Assembly: GCA_029866055.1 (NCBI GenBank)
Contig: JARXAG010000119.1
Coordinates: 1-57,475 of the forward strand
From: Burkholderiaceae bacterium
GTDB lineage: Bacteria; Pseudomonadota; Gammaproteobacteria; Burkholderiales; Burkholderiaceae_B
Length of the DNA: 57,475 bases
Direction of reading: 5' to 3'
Positions within the stretch are counted from its first letter, which is position 1; each line of letters starts with the position of its first letter. Positions 29,777-40,170 of the stretch are shown one piece after another. A program made the translations under genes and the position numbers. The notes beneath the pieces are model-generated. The model did not search any database and was not told the origin of the DNA. It was given only the letters and a program-made list of their open reading frames with translations.

Positions 29777-31071
29777 CCAACAAGCTCCCAAGCGACCTGG
29801 CCACGAACCATTGTCAGGCAGACACGTCCAGGTAACTCCATCCCCAAAAATGGGGTGTGCTGACTTTGACTCAAGAAGGAGTCTCGGTTGACTTGCCAAA
29901 ACGCCTTTGGATCGACCACGCACAAATCAGCGGGTGCACCCACACCAATTTGACCTGCGCAGGCAGCCTGGCTCGAGGCATCGGCGAGCACGCGACCTGG
30001 GCCGCTCGTGACACGTGCGAGTGCCTCAGGCAACGCAACCTTGGCCTCTGTTGCCCATTTCAGAGTCAAGGAAAGCAAAAGCTCAAGCCCCGTAGCGCCA
30101 GGCTCAGCTTCAGCAAAGGGCAACATTTTGCCGTCATCATCAACGGGCGTATGGTCTGAACACACCACATCAATGGTGCCGTCAGCCAACGCCGCACGAA
30201 TCGCCTCACGATCACGTTGCCCTCGTAAGGGCGGATCCAGACGAAAGTTGCTGTCGTAGTAACCAATATCGACATCGGTTAAATGCACATGGTTTGCCGA
30301 CACATCGCACGTGACGGGCAAGCCTTCACGCTTGGCGGCCCGCACAAGCTCGATGCCCGCTGCCGACGAAACTCGACAAATGTGTAAACGCACACCGCAG
30401 GTCCGTTGCAAATCAAAGAGCGTGTTTAACGCAACGGTTTCAGCCTGCACTGGGATGCCAGGCAGGCCAAGTCGCGAAGCGTACGCGCCGCTGGCCGCAA
30501 CACCAGAACCCGACAACCAGGGGTCTTGCGCACGCAACCACAGCATAAAGTCAAAGGTGCGCGCGTACTGCATGGCACGCAATAAAACATTGGTATCCAC
30601 AATCGGCGCATCGGCTTGCGAAAACGCCACGCAACCCGCTTCTGAAAGTTCAGCCATCTCGGTGATGACCTCACCCTTGAGACCAACAGTCATGGCACCC
30701 AGCGGATATAGATTGACCTGATCGAGTTGTCGCGCACGATGCTTGAGCATTTCGACCAGACCTGGCTCATCAAGCGTTGGATCAGTATCGGGCGGCAGCA
30801 CCAAGCTCGTAATGCCGCCGGCTAAGGCCGCCCGCATTTCAGACTCGAGCGTGCCACGGTATTCAAACCCCGGTTCGCGCAAGCGTGCAGCCAAATCCAC
30901 CAAGCCAGGCAATACCAATTTATCGGTGGCATCAATCACGCGATCGGCCTTGAAGCCCGCCGGCGCTGCGCCAAATGCTGCGATGACCCCATCGCTCACA
31001 AACACATCTGCCACGCGATCCACACCGTTCGCAGGATCAATCACTCGCCCATTTTTGATCTGTAGCTTCAT
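29773..31071 (-). CDS. pyrC: Dihydroorotase-like protein, probably the inactive PyrC' subunit
   Basis: LREPG, PPLR and SDHTP present; DLAAR replaces the metal-binding DxHxH. Confidence 0.88.
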   Translation of the reverse strand: MKLQIKNGRVIDPANGVDRVADVFVSDGVIAAFGAAPAGFKADRVIDATDKLVLPGLVDLAARLREPGFEYRGTLESEMRAALAGGITSLVLPPDTDPTLDEPGLVEMLKHRARQLDQVNLYPLGAMTVGLKGEVITEMAELSEAGCVAFSQADAPIVDTNVLLRAMQYARTFDFMLWLRAQDPWLSGSGVAASGAYASRLGLPGIPVQAETVALNTLFDLQRTCGVRLHICRVSSAAGIELVRAAKREGLPVTCDVSANHVHLTDVDIGYYDSNFRLDPPLRGQRDREAIRAALADGTIDVVCSDHTPVDDDGKMLPFAEAEPGATGLELLLSLTLKWATEAKVALPEALARVTSGPGRVLADASSQAACAGQIGVGAPADLCVVDPKAFWQVNRDSFLSQSQHTPFLGMELPGRVCLTMVRGQVAWELVG

Positions 31072-32021
31072 GCTGAGGCTCCGGCAACAATACTCATCAC
31101 GGCCATTCGCACTGCGATGCCGAATGTCACCTGATTCAAGATGACAGACTGCTTGCCGTCGGCCACCGCCGAATCAATTTCAACGCCGCGATTCATTGGG
31201 CCCGGATGCATCACGATGCAGTCGGGCTTAGCTAGCGCAAGTTTTTCTTCGGTCAAACCATAATGCTTGAAGTATTCGTGTGACGAGGGCAACAATGCAC
31301 CACGCATACGCTCATTTTGCAGTCGCAGTGTGATGATCACATCGACATCTTTTAAGCCTTCGCGCATGTCTGTAAAGACGCGCACGCCCATCTGGTCTAA
31401 ACCACTTGGCAGCAAGGTTAAAGGCGCAATGGCCCGCACCTCGGCCACCCCAAGTGTCGTGAGGGCATGAATATTCGAGCGTGCCACGCGCGAGTGCAAC
31501 ACATCGCCCACCACCGCAACCGTCAAGTTTGAAAAATCTTTTTTGAAATGACGAATCGTGTACATATCCAGCAGGGCTTGTGTCGGATGAGCATGGCGCC
31601 CGTCTCCGGCATTGATCACATGCACATGGGGCGCCACATGCTGCGCGATCAGGTAGGGCGCGCCACTGGCTTCGTGACGCACCACGAACAGGTCGGCCTG
31701 CATGGCCGTTAAATTGGCGATGGTATCCAGTAAAGTCTCGCCCTTGGCCGCAGACGACACATTGATATTTAGATTAAAGACATCCGCTGATAACCTCTGG
31801 GCAGCAATTTCAAAGGTGGTGCGAGTGCGCGTTGAATTTTCAAAAAACAGATTGAATACACTTTTGCCGCGCAGCAGGGGGACTTTTTTAACGTCGCGCT
31901 CGGCCAGCGGCACAAAGGTTTGCGCTGTATTCAGAATATGCGTCAATATCGCGCGCGGCAAACCTTCAGTCGTCAACAGATGCGTCAGTTCGCCATGGCG
32001 ATTGAGTTGTGGATTACGCAT
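31068..32021 (-). CDS. pyrB: Aspartate carbamoyltransferase catalytic subunit
   Basis: [17 protein letters not shown]. Confidence 0.97.
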   Translation of the reverse strand: MRNPQLNRHGELTHLLTTEGLPRAILTHILNTAQTFVPLAERDVKKVPLLRGKSVFNLFFENSTRTRTTFEIAAQRLSADVFNLNINVSSAAKGETLLDTIANLTAMQADLFVVRHEASGAPYLIAQHVAPHVHVINAGDGRHAHPTQALLDMYTIRHFKKDFSNLTVAVVGDVLHSRVARSNIHALTTLGVAEVRAIAPLTLLPSGLDQMGVRVFTDMREGLKDVDVIITLRLQNERMRGALLPSSHEYFKHYGLTEEKLALAKPDCIVMHPGPMNRGVEIDSAVADGKQSVILNQVTFGIAVRMAVMSIVAGASA

Positions 32022-32563
32022 CAGTTCTCCTTGGGTTCGGTCGTCAACGCTAACGTGCCGTCTTCGGTTTGCGACAGCACTAGCGTGCCCGCAGGGGCAG
32101 GAGTCACCACACCACCGACCGCAACTGCTGCTATCGGAAGTTCGCGCCCACCACGATCCACTAATACGGCTAGGCGAATCGAGGCCGGGCGACCATAGTC
32201 AAACAGCTCGTGCATGGCCGCTCGAATGGTGCGTCCGGTGTAAAGCACATCATCAATCAAAATTAAATGCTTGTCAGTGACCGGAAAAGAGATGTCAGAC
32301 GGCAACACCTGGCTATGCAAGCCTATTTTGTCAAAATCATCACGGTAAAAACTGATATCAAGCGTGCCGTAGGGCTGCACCAACTTTAAGTCGCGATGCA
32401 AGCGTGCGGCAAGCCAGGCGCCGCCAGAGTGTATGCCGACTAGGTGCACCTGCTGAATTGGCAAAGACTGGACGATTTGCCTGACTGCCACGAGCAGGGC
32501 TGCATAAAGCGTTTCAGCATCTGGTAGCGTCTCAGGGGTGTAGGCGGGCGGCTGTTGTGACAT
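32021..32563 (-). CDS. pyrR: Pyrimidine regulatory protein/UPRTase PyrR
   Basis: [29 protein letters not shown]. Confidence 0.93.
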   Translation of the reverse strand: MSQQPPAYTPETLPDAETLYAALLVAVRQIVQSLPIQQVHLVGIHSGGAWLAARLHRDLKLVQPYGTLDISFYRDDFDKIGLHSQVLPSDISFPVTDKHLILIDDVLYTGRTIRAAMHELFDYGRPASIRLAVLVDRGGRELPIAAVAVGGVVTPAPAGTLVLSQTEDGTLALTTEPKEN

Positions 32564-32574
32564 GGGGGCAGGCC

Positions 32575-32967
32575 TTAGGAATGCGCATCAAAATAGCGTT
32601 GCAGAATAATAGCCGCTGCGACAGCATCATCGGGCGCATTGCCTGTAATTTTCTGAGCCTCGACGCTTGAGCCGCGCTCATCGACAAGCACAACGGGTAT
32701 CCCAAAACGGCCCTCGAGCTGACGGGCAAAGCGTCGGCAGTGTTGCGAGGCGTACTGCTCAGTGCCATCGGTCGCCAAGGCCAAGCCCACCACCAGGCGC
32801 TCAGGTTGCCAGGTGTTAAGCAAGGCCTCGATTCGGGCAAAACGCCCGTCGCGGGTCGGTTCGAGAATCAAATCCAAGGGCCGAGCCTGCTTGAGCAGCG
32901 TATTACCAAGTGCGACGCCTAATTTTTTGGCGCCATAGTCAAACGCCAGAAGTGTTTCTTCAGGCAT
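32575..32967 (-). CDS. yqgF: Pre-16S rRNA nuclease YqgF (RuvX)
   Basis: LAFDYG..KLGVA, VDERGSS, DAVAAAIIL. Confidence 0.93.
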   Translation of the reverse strand: MPEETLLAFDYGAKKLGVALGNTLLKQARPLDLILEPTRDGRFARIEALLNTWQPERLVVGLALATDGTEQYASQHCRRFARQLEGRFGIPVVLVDERGSSVEAQKITGNAPDDAVAAAIILQRYFDAHS

Positions 32968-33556
32968 GCCCCGCCGCGACGGTGAGCATGATGGGGTCAA
33001 TGCCTAGCAACTTTAAAGCTGCCGGGTAGCGCAGTTCAGGTGGCGTCGAGAAAATAACATCAATGTCAGCCGCGACGTTGAGCCAGGCATTTTGCGCCAA
33101 TTCGTTTTCAAGCTGCCCTGCCCCCCAACCCGCATACCCGAGCGTGACCAGCAGTTTTTCAGGCCCTTTGCCGGCGGCCACCTCTTGCAACACGTCGCGC
33201 GAGGTCGTGAGGGCTAATGCTCCGAGCTGTATGCTTGAATTGTAGTCACCCTGAGCCGTGTGCAAGACAAACCCTCGATCAGTGTGGACGGGACCACCAA
33301 AAAAAACCGTGTTCGTCTGAAACGGAGTAATTTCAAGCTTAAGGTCGATTTTTTCGAGCAGGCTACTTAATGACAGGTCGGTCGGGCGATTAATCACTAG
33401 GCCCAAAGCCCCCTTAGGGCCATGCTCACACACGTAGATCACGGTTCCGGCCAACTCGCCAGTAACCATACCCGGCATGGCCATTAAAAACTGGTTGGAC
33501 AGGTCAATGGCAAACTCTGGCGGTGTCTCTTGAGTGATTATCGGGTCTTGTATCAT
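32960..33556 (-). CDS. yqgE: YqgE/AlgH family protein
   Basis: GALGLVINRP, GGPV, LGYAGWGAGQLENE, C-terminal AGHA. Confidence 0.93.
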   Translation of the reverse strand: MIQDPIITQETPPEFAIDLSNQFLMAMPGMVTGELAGTVIYVCEHGPKGALGLVINRPTDLSLSSLLEKIDLKLEITPFQTNTVFFGGPVHTDRGFVLHTAQGDYNSSIQLGALALTTSRDVLQEVAAGKGPEKLLVTLGYAGWGAGQLENELAQNAWLNVAADIDVIFSTPPELRYPAALKLLGIDPIMLTVAAGHA

Positions 33557-33581
33557 CAATACGTGCCTTTTTAAAAAATAC

Positions 33582-33746
33582 TTAGACTTCCATCATTTCA
33601 AAATCTTCTTTGCGTGCTCCACACTCTGGGCAAACCCAATTCGGGGGGACATCTTCCCACTTGGTACCCGCAGCAATACCCTCCTCAGGCAAGCCAGACT
33701 CTTCGTCATAGATCCAACCGCAAATTAAACACATCCAAGTACGCAT
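33582..33746 (-). CDS. Rubredoxin (54 aa)
   Basis: Below the ORF-track cutoff. Read by hand: MRTWMCLICGWIYDEESGLPEEGIAAGTKWEDVPPNWVCPECGARKEDFEMMEV, two CxxCG knuckles, GAGAGAG RBS. Confidence 0.95.
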   Translation of the reverse strand: MRTWMCLICGWIYDEESGLPEEGIAAGTKWEDVPPNWVCPECGARKEDFEMMEV

Positions 33747-33875
33747 AGCTCTCTCTTTAAATTAAGCCCCGTTCGTCATCAATAACAGGGGGGCAAAAAC
33801 GGTTGTTCTCATACAATGGGGTCAATCTTACCGAAACCAACCACTCGCTGTCTGTTTATTGCCTGCCTTTTTGAC

Positions 33876-34694
33876 ATGAATCCACCAAATTCGACCTCGA
33901 TTGTTCTGATCTTTGGCCCTTTTGACCCCACCGGCTCAGATGGGCTGCCGGCTGACGCTATTACCTGTGCGGCGTTGGGCGGACATGCCTTGACCACCCT
34001 GACCGCGGTGACGATCCAAGACAGTGCCGAAACCGAGGCGGTTCTGCCCTGCCCAGCCGAACAAATTGACGATCAGGCGCGTTGCCTGCTTGAAGATATC
34101 CCCGTGCTAGCGATCAAGGTAGGGCAACTTTCGTCTGTCGAGGCCGCCAGCGCAGTCGCACAGATTGCCGCAGATTACAGCCAAGTGCCGTTGGTCTTGC
34201 ACCTCGGGCAACAAGAAATCGACACCGAAGAGGTCTCTGAAGACGAAGACGAAGTCGAAGACCTGATTGGTGCGGTGATTGAACTACTTGTGCCACAGGC
34301 GCACGTCGTGGTGGTGGATGGCAAACGTCTGGCCCAATGGGTGACGGATGAGTTGCTCGAGGCCTCGGGGCAAACTACAGGGCCACAAGCCTTGCAAGCA
34401 ATCGGTGCGGGCTGGGTGCTGGTGATCGGTCATCAACAACGCCCAGGGCACCTGGTCAATACCCTGGTCGGCCCACAAAACGAAACGATTACCTGGCCTT
34501 GGATTGCCCCGCCAGAGCGGCTGCGAGACACCGGAGGTCTGATCGCGACGGCGCTGGCCACCTTGCTGGCTCAAGGCCTGGAAGTGCCCGAGGCCGCCCG
34601 ACAAGCCTGCACCCATGCCGAGCGCGCAGTCGCGCAATCGTTTCAACCGGGTATGGGCAACCGTATCGCTCGCCGTCTTGCTCGTGGGGCTTAA
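33876..34694 (+). CDS. ThiD-like (HMP kinase fold) protein with degenerate motifs
   Basis: FDPTG..GL.AD, TAVTIQD, AIKVG; anion-hole GTGC replaced by DTGG. Confidence 0.78.
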   Translation: MNPPNSTSIVLIFGPFDPTGSDGLPADAITCAALGGHALTTLTAVTIQDSAETEAVLPCPAEQIDDQARCLLEDIPVLAIKVGQLSSVEAASAVAQIAADYSQVPLVLHLGQQEIDTEEVSEDEDEVEDLIGAVIELLVPQAHVVVVDGKRLAQWVTDELLEASGQTTGPQALQAIGAGWVLVIGHQQRPGHLVNTLVGPQNETITWPWIAPPERLRDTGGLIATALATLLAQGLEVPEAARQACTHAERAVAQSFQPGMGNRIARRLARGA

Positions 34695-34697
34695 ACC

Positions 34698-35372
34698 ATG
34701 ACCTCACTGACTGCTGCCAAACATACACTGCGCTTTCCCTCAGGGCTCTACGGAGTCACGCCCGAGTGGAACGATACCAACACCCTTGAACAGGCTGTGC
34801 GTGCTGCAGCCAGGGGCGGCATGCGTGCGCTGCAATTTCGCCACAAATCGCCTGATCGCGGCTTACGCAAAGAGTTAGCGCAAGGCTTGGCGACGTTATG
34901 CCGCGAGCTGAACGTTACCTTTTTCATCAACGATGACTGGCGCTTAGCGCTTGAGTTAAAAACCGATGGGATCCACCTTGGGCAGCACGACGACCCCGTT
35001 GCAATGGTGCGCAGCGAGATTGGGCCCGACATGCTGTTAGGCGTGTCGTGTTACGCCAAACCACAGCTTGCGCAAGAGCTGCTGCAGTATGACGTCGCCT
35101 ATATCGCCTTTGGGGCAATGTATGCCTCGCAAACTAAGCCCCTTGCACCGCCCGCACCGCTATCGGTCTTGGGCGAGGGGCGCACACTGTGCGCACAGTA
35201 TGTCAGCCCGCGGCCTGCCGTGGTCGCAATTGGTGGCATCGGCCCGCAACACGCGCAAGCCTTAGCGCTGGCCGGCGCTGACTCACTCGCAGTCATCGGT
35301 AGCCTGTTTATGGCACCCGATATCGAAGCCGCAGCACGCGCGCTCTCGCAACCCTTTTCTTCTCTTGTCTAG
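34698..35372 (+). CDS. thiE: Thiamine phosphate synthase-like protein
   Basis: [32 protein letters not shown]. Confidence 0.85.
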   Translation: MTSLTAAKHTLRFPSGLYGVTPEWNDTNTLEQAVRAAARGGMRALQFRHKSPDRGLRKELAQGLATLCRELNVTFFINDDWRLALELKTDGIHLGQHDDPVAMVRSEIGPDMLLGVSCYAKPQLAQELLQYDVAYIAFGAMYASQTKPLAPPAPLSVLGEGRTLCAQYVSPRPAVVAIGGIGPQHAQALALAGADSLAVIGSLFMAPDIEAAARALSQPFSSLV

Positions 35373-35386
35373 GCGGATCTATTCTT

Positions 35387-36676
35387 ATGTCTCGCAACGC
35401 TGAACTTTTTGAACGTGCCTGTCGAAGTATTCCTGGCGGCGTGAACTCACCCGTGCGTGCCTTTCGCTCAGTCGGGGGCACGCCGCGCTTTGTCGCGCGC
35501 GCGCAAGGTCCGTACTTTTGGGACGCTGAAGACAAGCGCTTCATTGATTACATCGGCTCATGGGGACCAGCCATCCTAGGTCACGCACATCCTGAAGTCG
35601 TCAAAGCGGTACAAGATGCAGCGGTTCACGGCCTATCATATGGCGCCCCCACCGAAGCCGAAATTGAAATCGCTGAAATGCTGATTGCTCGCATGCCCTC
35701 TTTCGAGCAGGTACGTTTAGTCAGCTCGGGCACCGAAGCCACCATGACGGCGATTCGTTTGGCACGTGGTGCAACGGGCCGCAGCAAGATCATCAAGTTT
35801 GAAGGCTGTTACCACGGCCATGCCGACAGCCTGTTGGTCAAGGCAGGCTCTGGCTTGCTCACGGCGGGCGGCGATCCGACCTCTGCCGGCGTGCCACCCG
35901 AATTTGTCGCCCATACCATCGTGTTGGATTACAACGATATCGCTGGCGTCAAAGCCGCCTTTGCAACGCATGGCAAAGAGATTGCCTGCATCATCGTTGA
36001 GCCGATGGCTGGCAACATGAATTTAATTAAGCCGGTTGCAGGCTTTCTTGAAACTCTGCGCAGCGAATGCACCGCACATGGCGCATTACTGATTTTTGAT
36101 GAAGTGATGACGGGCTTTCGCGTAGGACCACAAGGCGTGCAAGGTTTAACGGGTATCAAACCCGACATCACCACCTTGGCCAAGGTGATTGGCGGCGGCA
36201 TGCCTATCGGCGCGTTTGGTGCCAGCGCTGCGATCATGAAAAACATTGCACCTCTTGGTGGCGTCTATCAAGCCGGCACCTTATCGGGCAATCCGGTTGC
36301 CGTTGCAGCGGGTATCACCACGCTTAAATTGCTGAGCAAACCTGGCTTCTATGAAGACCTTGCAGCACGGACGCGCGAGCTGACAGAGGGTTTAACCGCC
36401 GCCGCACGTAAGCATGGCATTGCCTTTTGCGCCGACTCCGAAGGCGGCATGTTTGGCATGTACTTTTCAAACACCGTCCCGACCACCCTCGCTGAAGTCT
36501 CGGCTAGCAACATCGACATGTTCAAAGTATTTTTTCATGCCATGCTCGACGAGGGTGTGTATTTTGCACCCTCGGCGTACGAGGCAGGCTTTGTCTCAGC
36601 CACCCACACGGATGACGTCATCGCCGCCACAGTGGCTGCCGCTGACCGAGTATTTGCGAAGCTGGCCAAACCATAA
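35387..36676 (+). CDS. hemL: Glutamate-1-semialdehyde 2,1-aminomutase
   Basis: [37 protein letters not shown]. Confidence 0.97.
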   Translation: MSRNAELFERACRSIPGGVNSPVRAFRSVGGTPRFVARAQGPYFWDAEDKRFIDYIGSWGPAILGHAHPEVVKAVQDAAVHGLSYGAPTEAEIEIAEMLIARMPSFEQVRLVSSGTEATMTAIRLARGATGRSKIIKFEGCYHGHADSLLVKAGSGLLTAGGDPTSAGVPPEFVAHTIVLDYNDIAGVKAAFATHGKEIACIIVEPMAGNMNLIKPVAGFLETLRSECTAHGALLIFDEVMTGFRVGPQGVQGLTGIKPDITTLAKVIGGGMPIGAFGASAAIMKNIAPLGGVYQAGTLSGNPVAVAAGITTLKLLSKPGFYEDLAARTRELTEGLTAAARKHGIAFCADSEGGMFGMYFSNTVPTTLAEVSASNIDMFKVFFHAMLDEGVYFAPSAYEAGFVSATHTDDVIAATVAAADRVFAKLAKP

Positions 36677-36752
36677 AGACACTACGTGTTTGTTCTTAAA
36701 AGCTTCACTTGAACTAAGCGCTGCCTCACCACTCGCGTAAAGTGATTCTGGT

Positions 36753-37457
36753 TTAAACGCCAAGGTACCGTGCCCACAGGGCACGGTCTGCGTTCAATTC
36801 AGCGGAACTGCCTTGCCACACGACGCGGCCGCGCTCAAGAATCACGTGGCGGTCGGCGAGTTTAATCAGACGCTCAACATATTTGTCGATCACCAAGATC
36901 GTTTGCCCTTCTTGACGCAAACGCGCCAGGCACTGCCAGATCTCTTCGCGCACCAAGGGTGCCAAGCCTTCAGTCGCCTCGTCAAGCACCAACAAACGTG
37001 GATTGGTGACTAGCGCACGGCCAATCGCCAGCATTTGTTGCTCGCCGCCCGACAGTTGGTTGCCCATATTGCCTGCGCGTTCACGCAAGCGCGGAAACAT
37101 CGCAAAGACACGTTCGGCATCCCACTGTTGCACTGAGGCGGCATTGCGTTGCGCAGCAAAGGCCGTTAAATGTTCGCGTACCGTCAGGTTAGGAAAACAC
37201 TGTCGCCCTTCGGGGACAATCGCCAATCCTAAACGCGCGATCCGATCGGTAGACCAGCCGGCAATGTCTTGCCCGTCGACTTGCAACGACCCCGCCTGCA
37301 ACGCAAGTTGCCCGAAAAGCGTACGCACGAGCGTCGATTTGCCCATCCCGTTACGGCCTAAGACAGCGACCACTTCACCCACGGCAATCTCAAGCGAGAC
37401 GTCAAACAGGACCTGGCTTAGGCCATAGCCGCTTTGAATATTTTTAATGCTTAACAT
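36753..37457 (-). CDS. LivF-like ABC ATP-binding protein
   Basis: GRNGMGKST, LSGGEQQML, LDEATEGLAP. Confidence 0.9.
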   Translation of the reverse strand: MLSIKNIQSGYGLSQVLFDVSLEIAVGEVVAVLGRNGMGKSTLVRTLFGQLALQAGSLQVDGQDIAGWSTDRIARLGLAIVPEGRQCFPNLTVREHLTAFAAQRNAASVQQWDAERVFAMFPRLRERAGNMGNQLSGGEQQMLAIGRALVTNPRLLVLDEATEGLAPLVREEIWQCLARLRQEGQTILVIDKYVERLIKLADRHVILERGRVVWQGSSAELNADRALWARYLGV

Positions 37458-38239
37458 CGTAGGGCCTCCTGCGCGCCCTCGTCGCCCAGATAGGCTTGCC
37501 GTACCGCATCATTGGCACGAATCTGGTCGGGCGTACCCGTGGCGATGACACGACCATATACCAGCACTGAAATGCGATCAGCCAAGCGAAATACCGCCTG
37601 CATGTCATGCTCAACTAAGAGCATTGCTGCGCGGCCACGCAACGATTCAATCAATTCGGTTAGGCGCAAGGTTTCATCAGGCCCCATGCCGGCCATAGGC
37701 TCATCCAAGAGCAAGACCGAGGGTCGGGCGGCCCAAGCCAGCGCAAACTCAAGCTTGCGTTGCTCGCCATGCGGCAACGTGCCCGCTGGCAAATCGCACA
37801 AAGACATGTCAATTGAACACTCGCGTGCTAAGTCCTGCGCGGCTGCGCGCAAAGCCGTATCACGTGCGCGTGAGCGCAAAAAACTAAACTGAGTTCCCCG
37901 CTGCGCTTGCACAGCCAACAGCAAGTTATCTATCACTGAGCTTGTTTGAAAAATATTTGTAATTTGATACGAGCGCGACAAACCCGCGGCCACACGCTGC
38001 TGCATGGACGCACGCGTCACGTCGCGTCCATTGATCAATAGGCTGCCGCTATCAGCCTCTACGGCACCAGACAAGACATTGATCAACGTCGATTTACCCG
38101 CACCGTTCGGCCCAATCAACGCATGAATCTCGCCTGGCAATACCGACAGTGATACCTGATCGCAGGCCTGTAAAGCGCCATAGCGCTTAGAGAGTTGCGT
38201 CGCGACAAGCGCAGGCGAAATCTCAGACCTCGTGTTCAT
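37451..38239 (-). CDS. LivG-like ABC ATP-binding protein
   Basis: GPNGAGKST, LDEPMAG, VEHDM, AYLG; ATG 38239. Confidence 0.9.
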   Translation of the reverse strand: MNTRSEISPALVATQLSKRYGALQACDQVSLSVLPGEIHALIGPNGAGKSTLINVLSGAVEADSGSLLINGRDVTRASMQQRVAAGLSRSYQITNIFQTSSVIDNLLLAVQAQRGTQFSFLRSRARDTALRAAAQDLARECSIDMSLCDLPAGTLPHGEQRKLEFALAWAARPSVLLLDEPMAGMGPDETLRLTELIESLRGRAAMLLVEHDMQAVFRLADRISVLVYGRVIATGTPDQIRANDAVRQAYLGDEGAQEALRC

Positions 38240-39222
38240 GTCGAGCGCCGCAAAAAGACACCCGCCACACCACGTGGGGCGAACAACACAATCACCAAGA
38301 GCAAAACACCCATTGGTAAATGCCAATACTCGGTATAGAGCCGCAAAAACTCTTCAAGTAGCAACATCACTGCTGCACCGACCACACCGCCAAAACGCAA
38401 ACCGATACCACCCACAATGACCATAATGATGAGATTGGCTGAGGCTGTCCAGTGCATCAAACTTGGGGACACAAATAAATTATGGTTAGCCAGCAAGGCA
38501 CCCGCCAAGCCCGCCAACGCGCCGGCAAACACAAAGGCCACTAACTTGATTTGCAACACCGGATAACCCAACGCCTGCATGCGAGTTTCGTTTTCGCGAA
38601 TCCCTTGCAAGGCCCGCCCAAAACGCGAGTTCACCATACAGTGCATCAGCCACAGAGATGCGGCGACGATACCTAAGACTAGATAATAAAACTGCGTATC
38701 GTTGCTCAAGTTCAAATTGGGTAAGGTAGACGGAGCCGAGAGGTTGATGCCATCTTCGCCACCATACTGACGCAATGAAATAAAGAGATAAAAGACCATC
38801 TGCGCAAAGGCCAGCGTGATCATGATGAAATACACACCGCGCGTGCGAAGCGAAATCGCGCCGATCAACAAGGCTAAGGCCCCAGCCACGAGCATCGCCA
38901 CAGGCCAGACCACGAGCGCCTGACTTTGACCCTGTGCAGACAACATGGCCACGACGTAAGCCCCCGCACCAAAAAAAGCCGCATGACCCAATGCCACCAT
39001 GCCGCCATAACCCAAAATAAAATTCAAACTACTGGCGGCTAAGGCGTAGATCAACACGCGCCGCACAAAAGAAACATAAAACCCAAGATCAAACAAAGGG
39101 GCAATCAACGGAAACAGTGCCAGCAAGAGCAAGCATCCGAGAGGCAACCAAACCGTAATCCAACGCGGCGCGGCGGGCGTACCGTCGCTGTGCGCAACCG
39201 AGGGGTTTGAGCGTCTAGTCAT
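38236..39222 (-). CDS. LivM-like ABC permease
   Basis: LGHAAFFG.GAY, GVYFIMITLA, SRFGRAL.GIREN. Confidence 0.9.
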   Translation of the reverse strand: MTRRSNPSVAHSDGTPAAPRWITVWLPLGCLLLLALFPLIAPLFDLGFYVSFVRRVLIYALAASSLNFILGYGGMVALGHAAFFGAGAYVVAMLSAQGQSQALVVWPVAMLVAGALALLIGAISLRTRGVYFIMITLAFAQMVFYLFISLRQYGGEDGINLSAPSTLPNLNLSNDTQFYYLVLGIVAASLWLMHCMVNSRFGRALQGIRENETRMQALGYPVLQIKLVAFVFAGALAGLAGALLANHNLFVSPSLMHWTASANLIIMVIVGGIGLRFGGVVGAAVMLLLEEFLRLYTEYWHLPMGVLLLVIVLFAPRGVAGVFLRRST

Positions 39223-40142
39223 CAGCCACGCGCCGGAAACAAACCTGCCGGCCTAAACACCAGGACCACTGCCATCAAGATATAAATCGAAATCGCTGCG
39301 AGCGTGGGGCCCACACTTGAGGCGACCGCTGGAGAAAAAAACAGTTTGAGCAAAGTGGGCAAAAAAGCCCGACCCGCGGTGTCAACAAAGCCTACGAGCA
39401 AAGCGCCTACAAACGCGCCGCGCATCGAACCGATGCCCCCAATCACAATACACACCAAGACTAGGATCAGGATTTGCTCACCCATGCCTGCCTGAATGGC
39501 CGTGATCGGCCCAAGCAGGGCACCTGCCAAGGCGGCCAAGACCGCCCCCAACACAAACACGCCCATAAATAGCAAAGGCACGCGCACGCCCATCAGAGTT
39601 GCCATTTGTCGGTTAGACGCGCCAGCACGCACCAACACTCCGGCACGTGTTCGGGTCACAAACAGATACAACCCAAGCGCCACCGCTAAACCAACGGCAA
39701 TAATGAGCAACCGATAGGCGGGATACAGAAAATCAGGTGACAGACTCACGGGCCCTGCGAGTGAAGCGGGCATGTTCATCATCACGGGCGCTGGGCCCCA
39801 GATCATTTTGACGACATCATTCGCAATCAATATCACCGCGAAAGTACCAAGCACCTGAGCCAAATGATCGCGCACCACCAACTTACGCACCAACACCAGC
39901 TCAAGCACCAAACCAACTAGGCCTGTAATCACAGCAGCCATCAACACGGCTGCCACAAACGAGCCCGTGACTTGCATAGTTTGCGCGGCGACATAGGCAC
40001 CCGCCATATACAGCGAGCCATGCGCCACGTTCAAGATATCTAAGATCCCAAACACCAAGGTCAGGCCTGCCGCAATCAAAAACAGCATCAAGCCAAACTG
40101 CAAGCCATTGAGCAATTGCTCGGCAATCAGTGTGCCGCTCAT
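39222..40142 (-). CDS. LivH-like ABC permease
   Basis: QLLNGL, AGLTLVFG..NVAHG, IGGIGS, RPAGLF; ATG 40142. Confidence 0.9.
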   Translation of the reverse strand: MSGTLIAEQLLNGLQFGLMLFLIAAGLTLVFGILDILNVAHGSLYMAGAYVAAQTMQVTGSFVAAVLMAAVITGLVGLVLELVLVRKLVVRDHLAQVLGTFAVILIANDVVKMIWGPAPVMMNMPASLAGPVSLSPDFLYPAYRLLIIAVGLAVALGLYLFVTRTRAGVLVRAGASNRQMATLMGVRVPLLFMGVFVLGAVLAALAGALLGPITAIQAGMGEQILILVLVCIVIGGIGSMRGAFVGALLVGFVDTAGRAFLPTLLKLFFSPAVASSVGPTLAAISIYILMAVVLVFRPAGLFPARG

Positions 40143-40170
40143 CGAGGTACCTTTTGCCGAGCCAAGAAAC

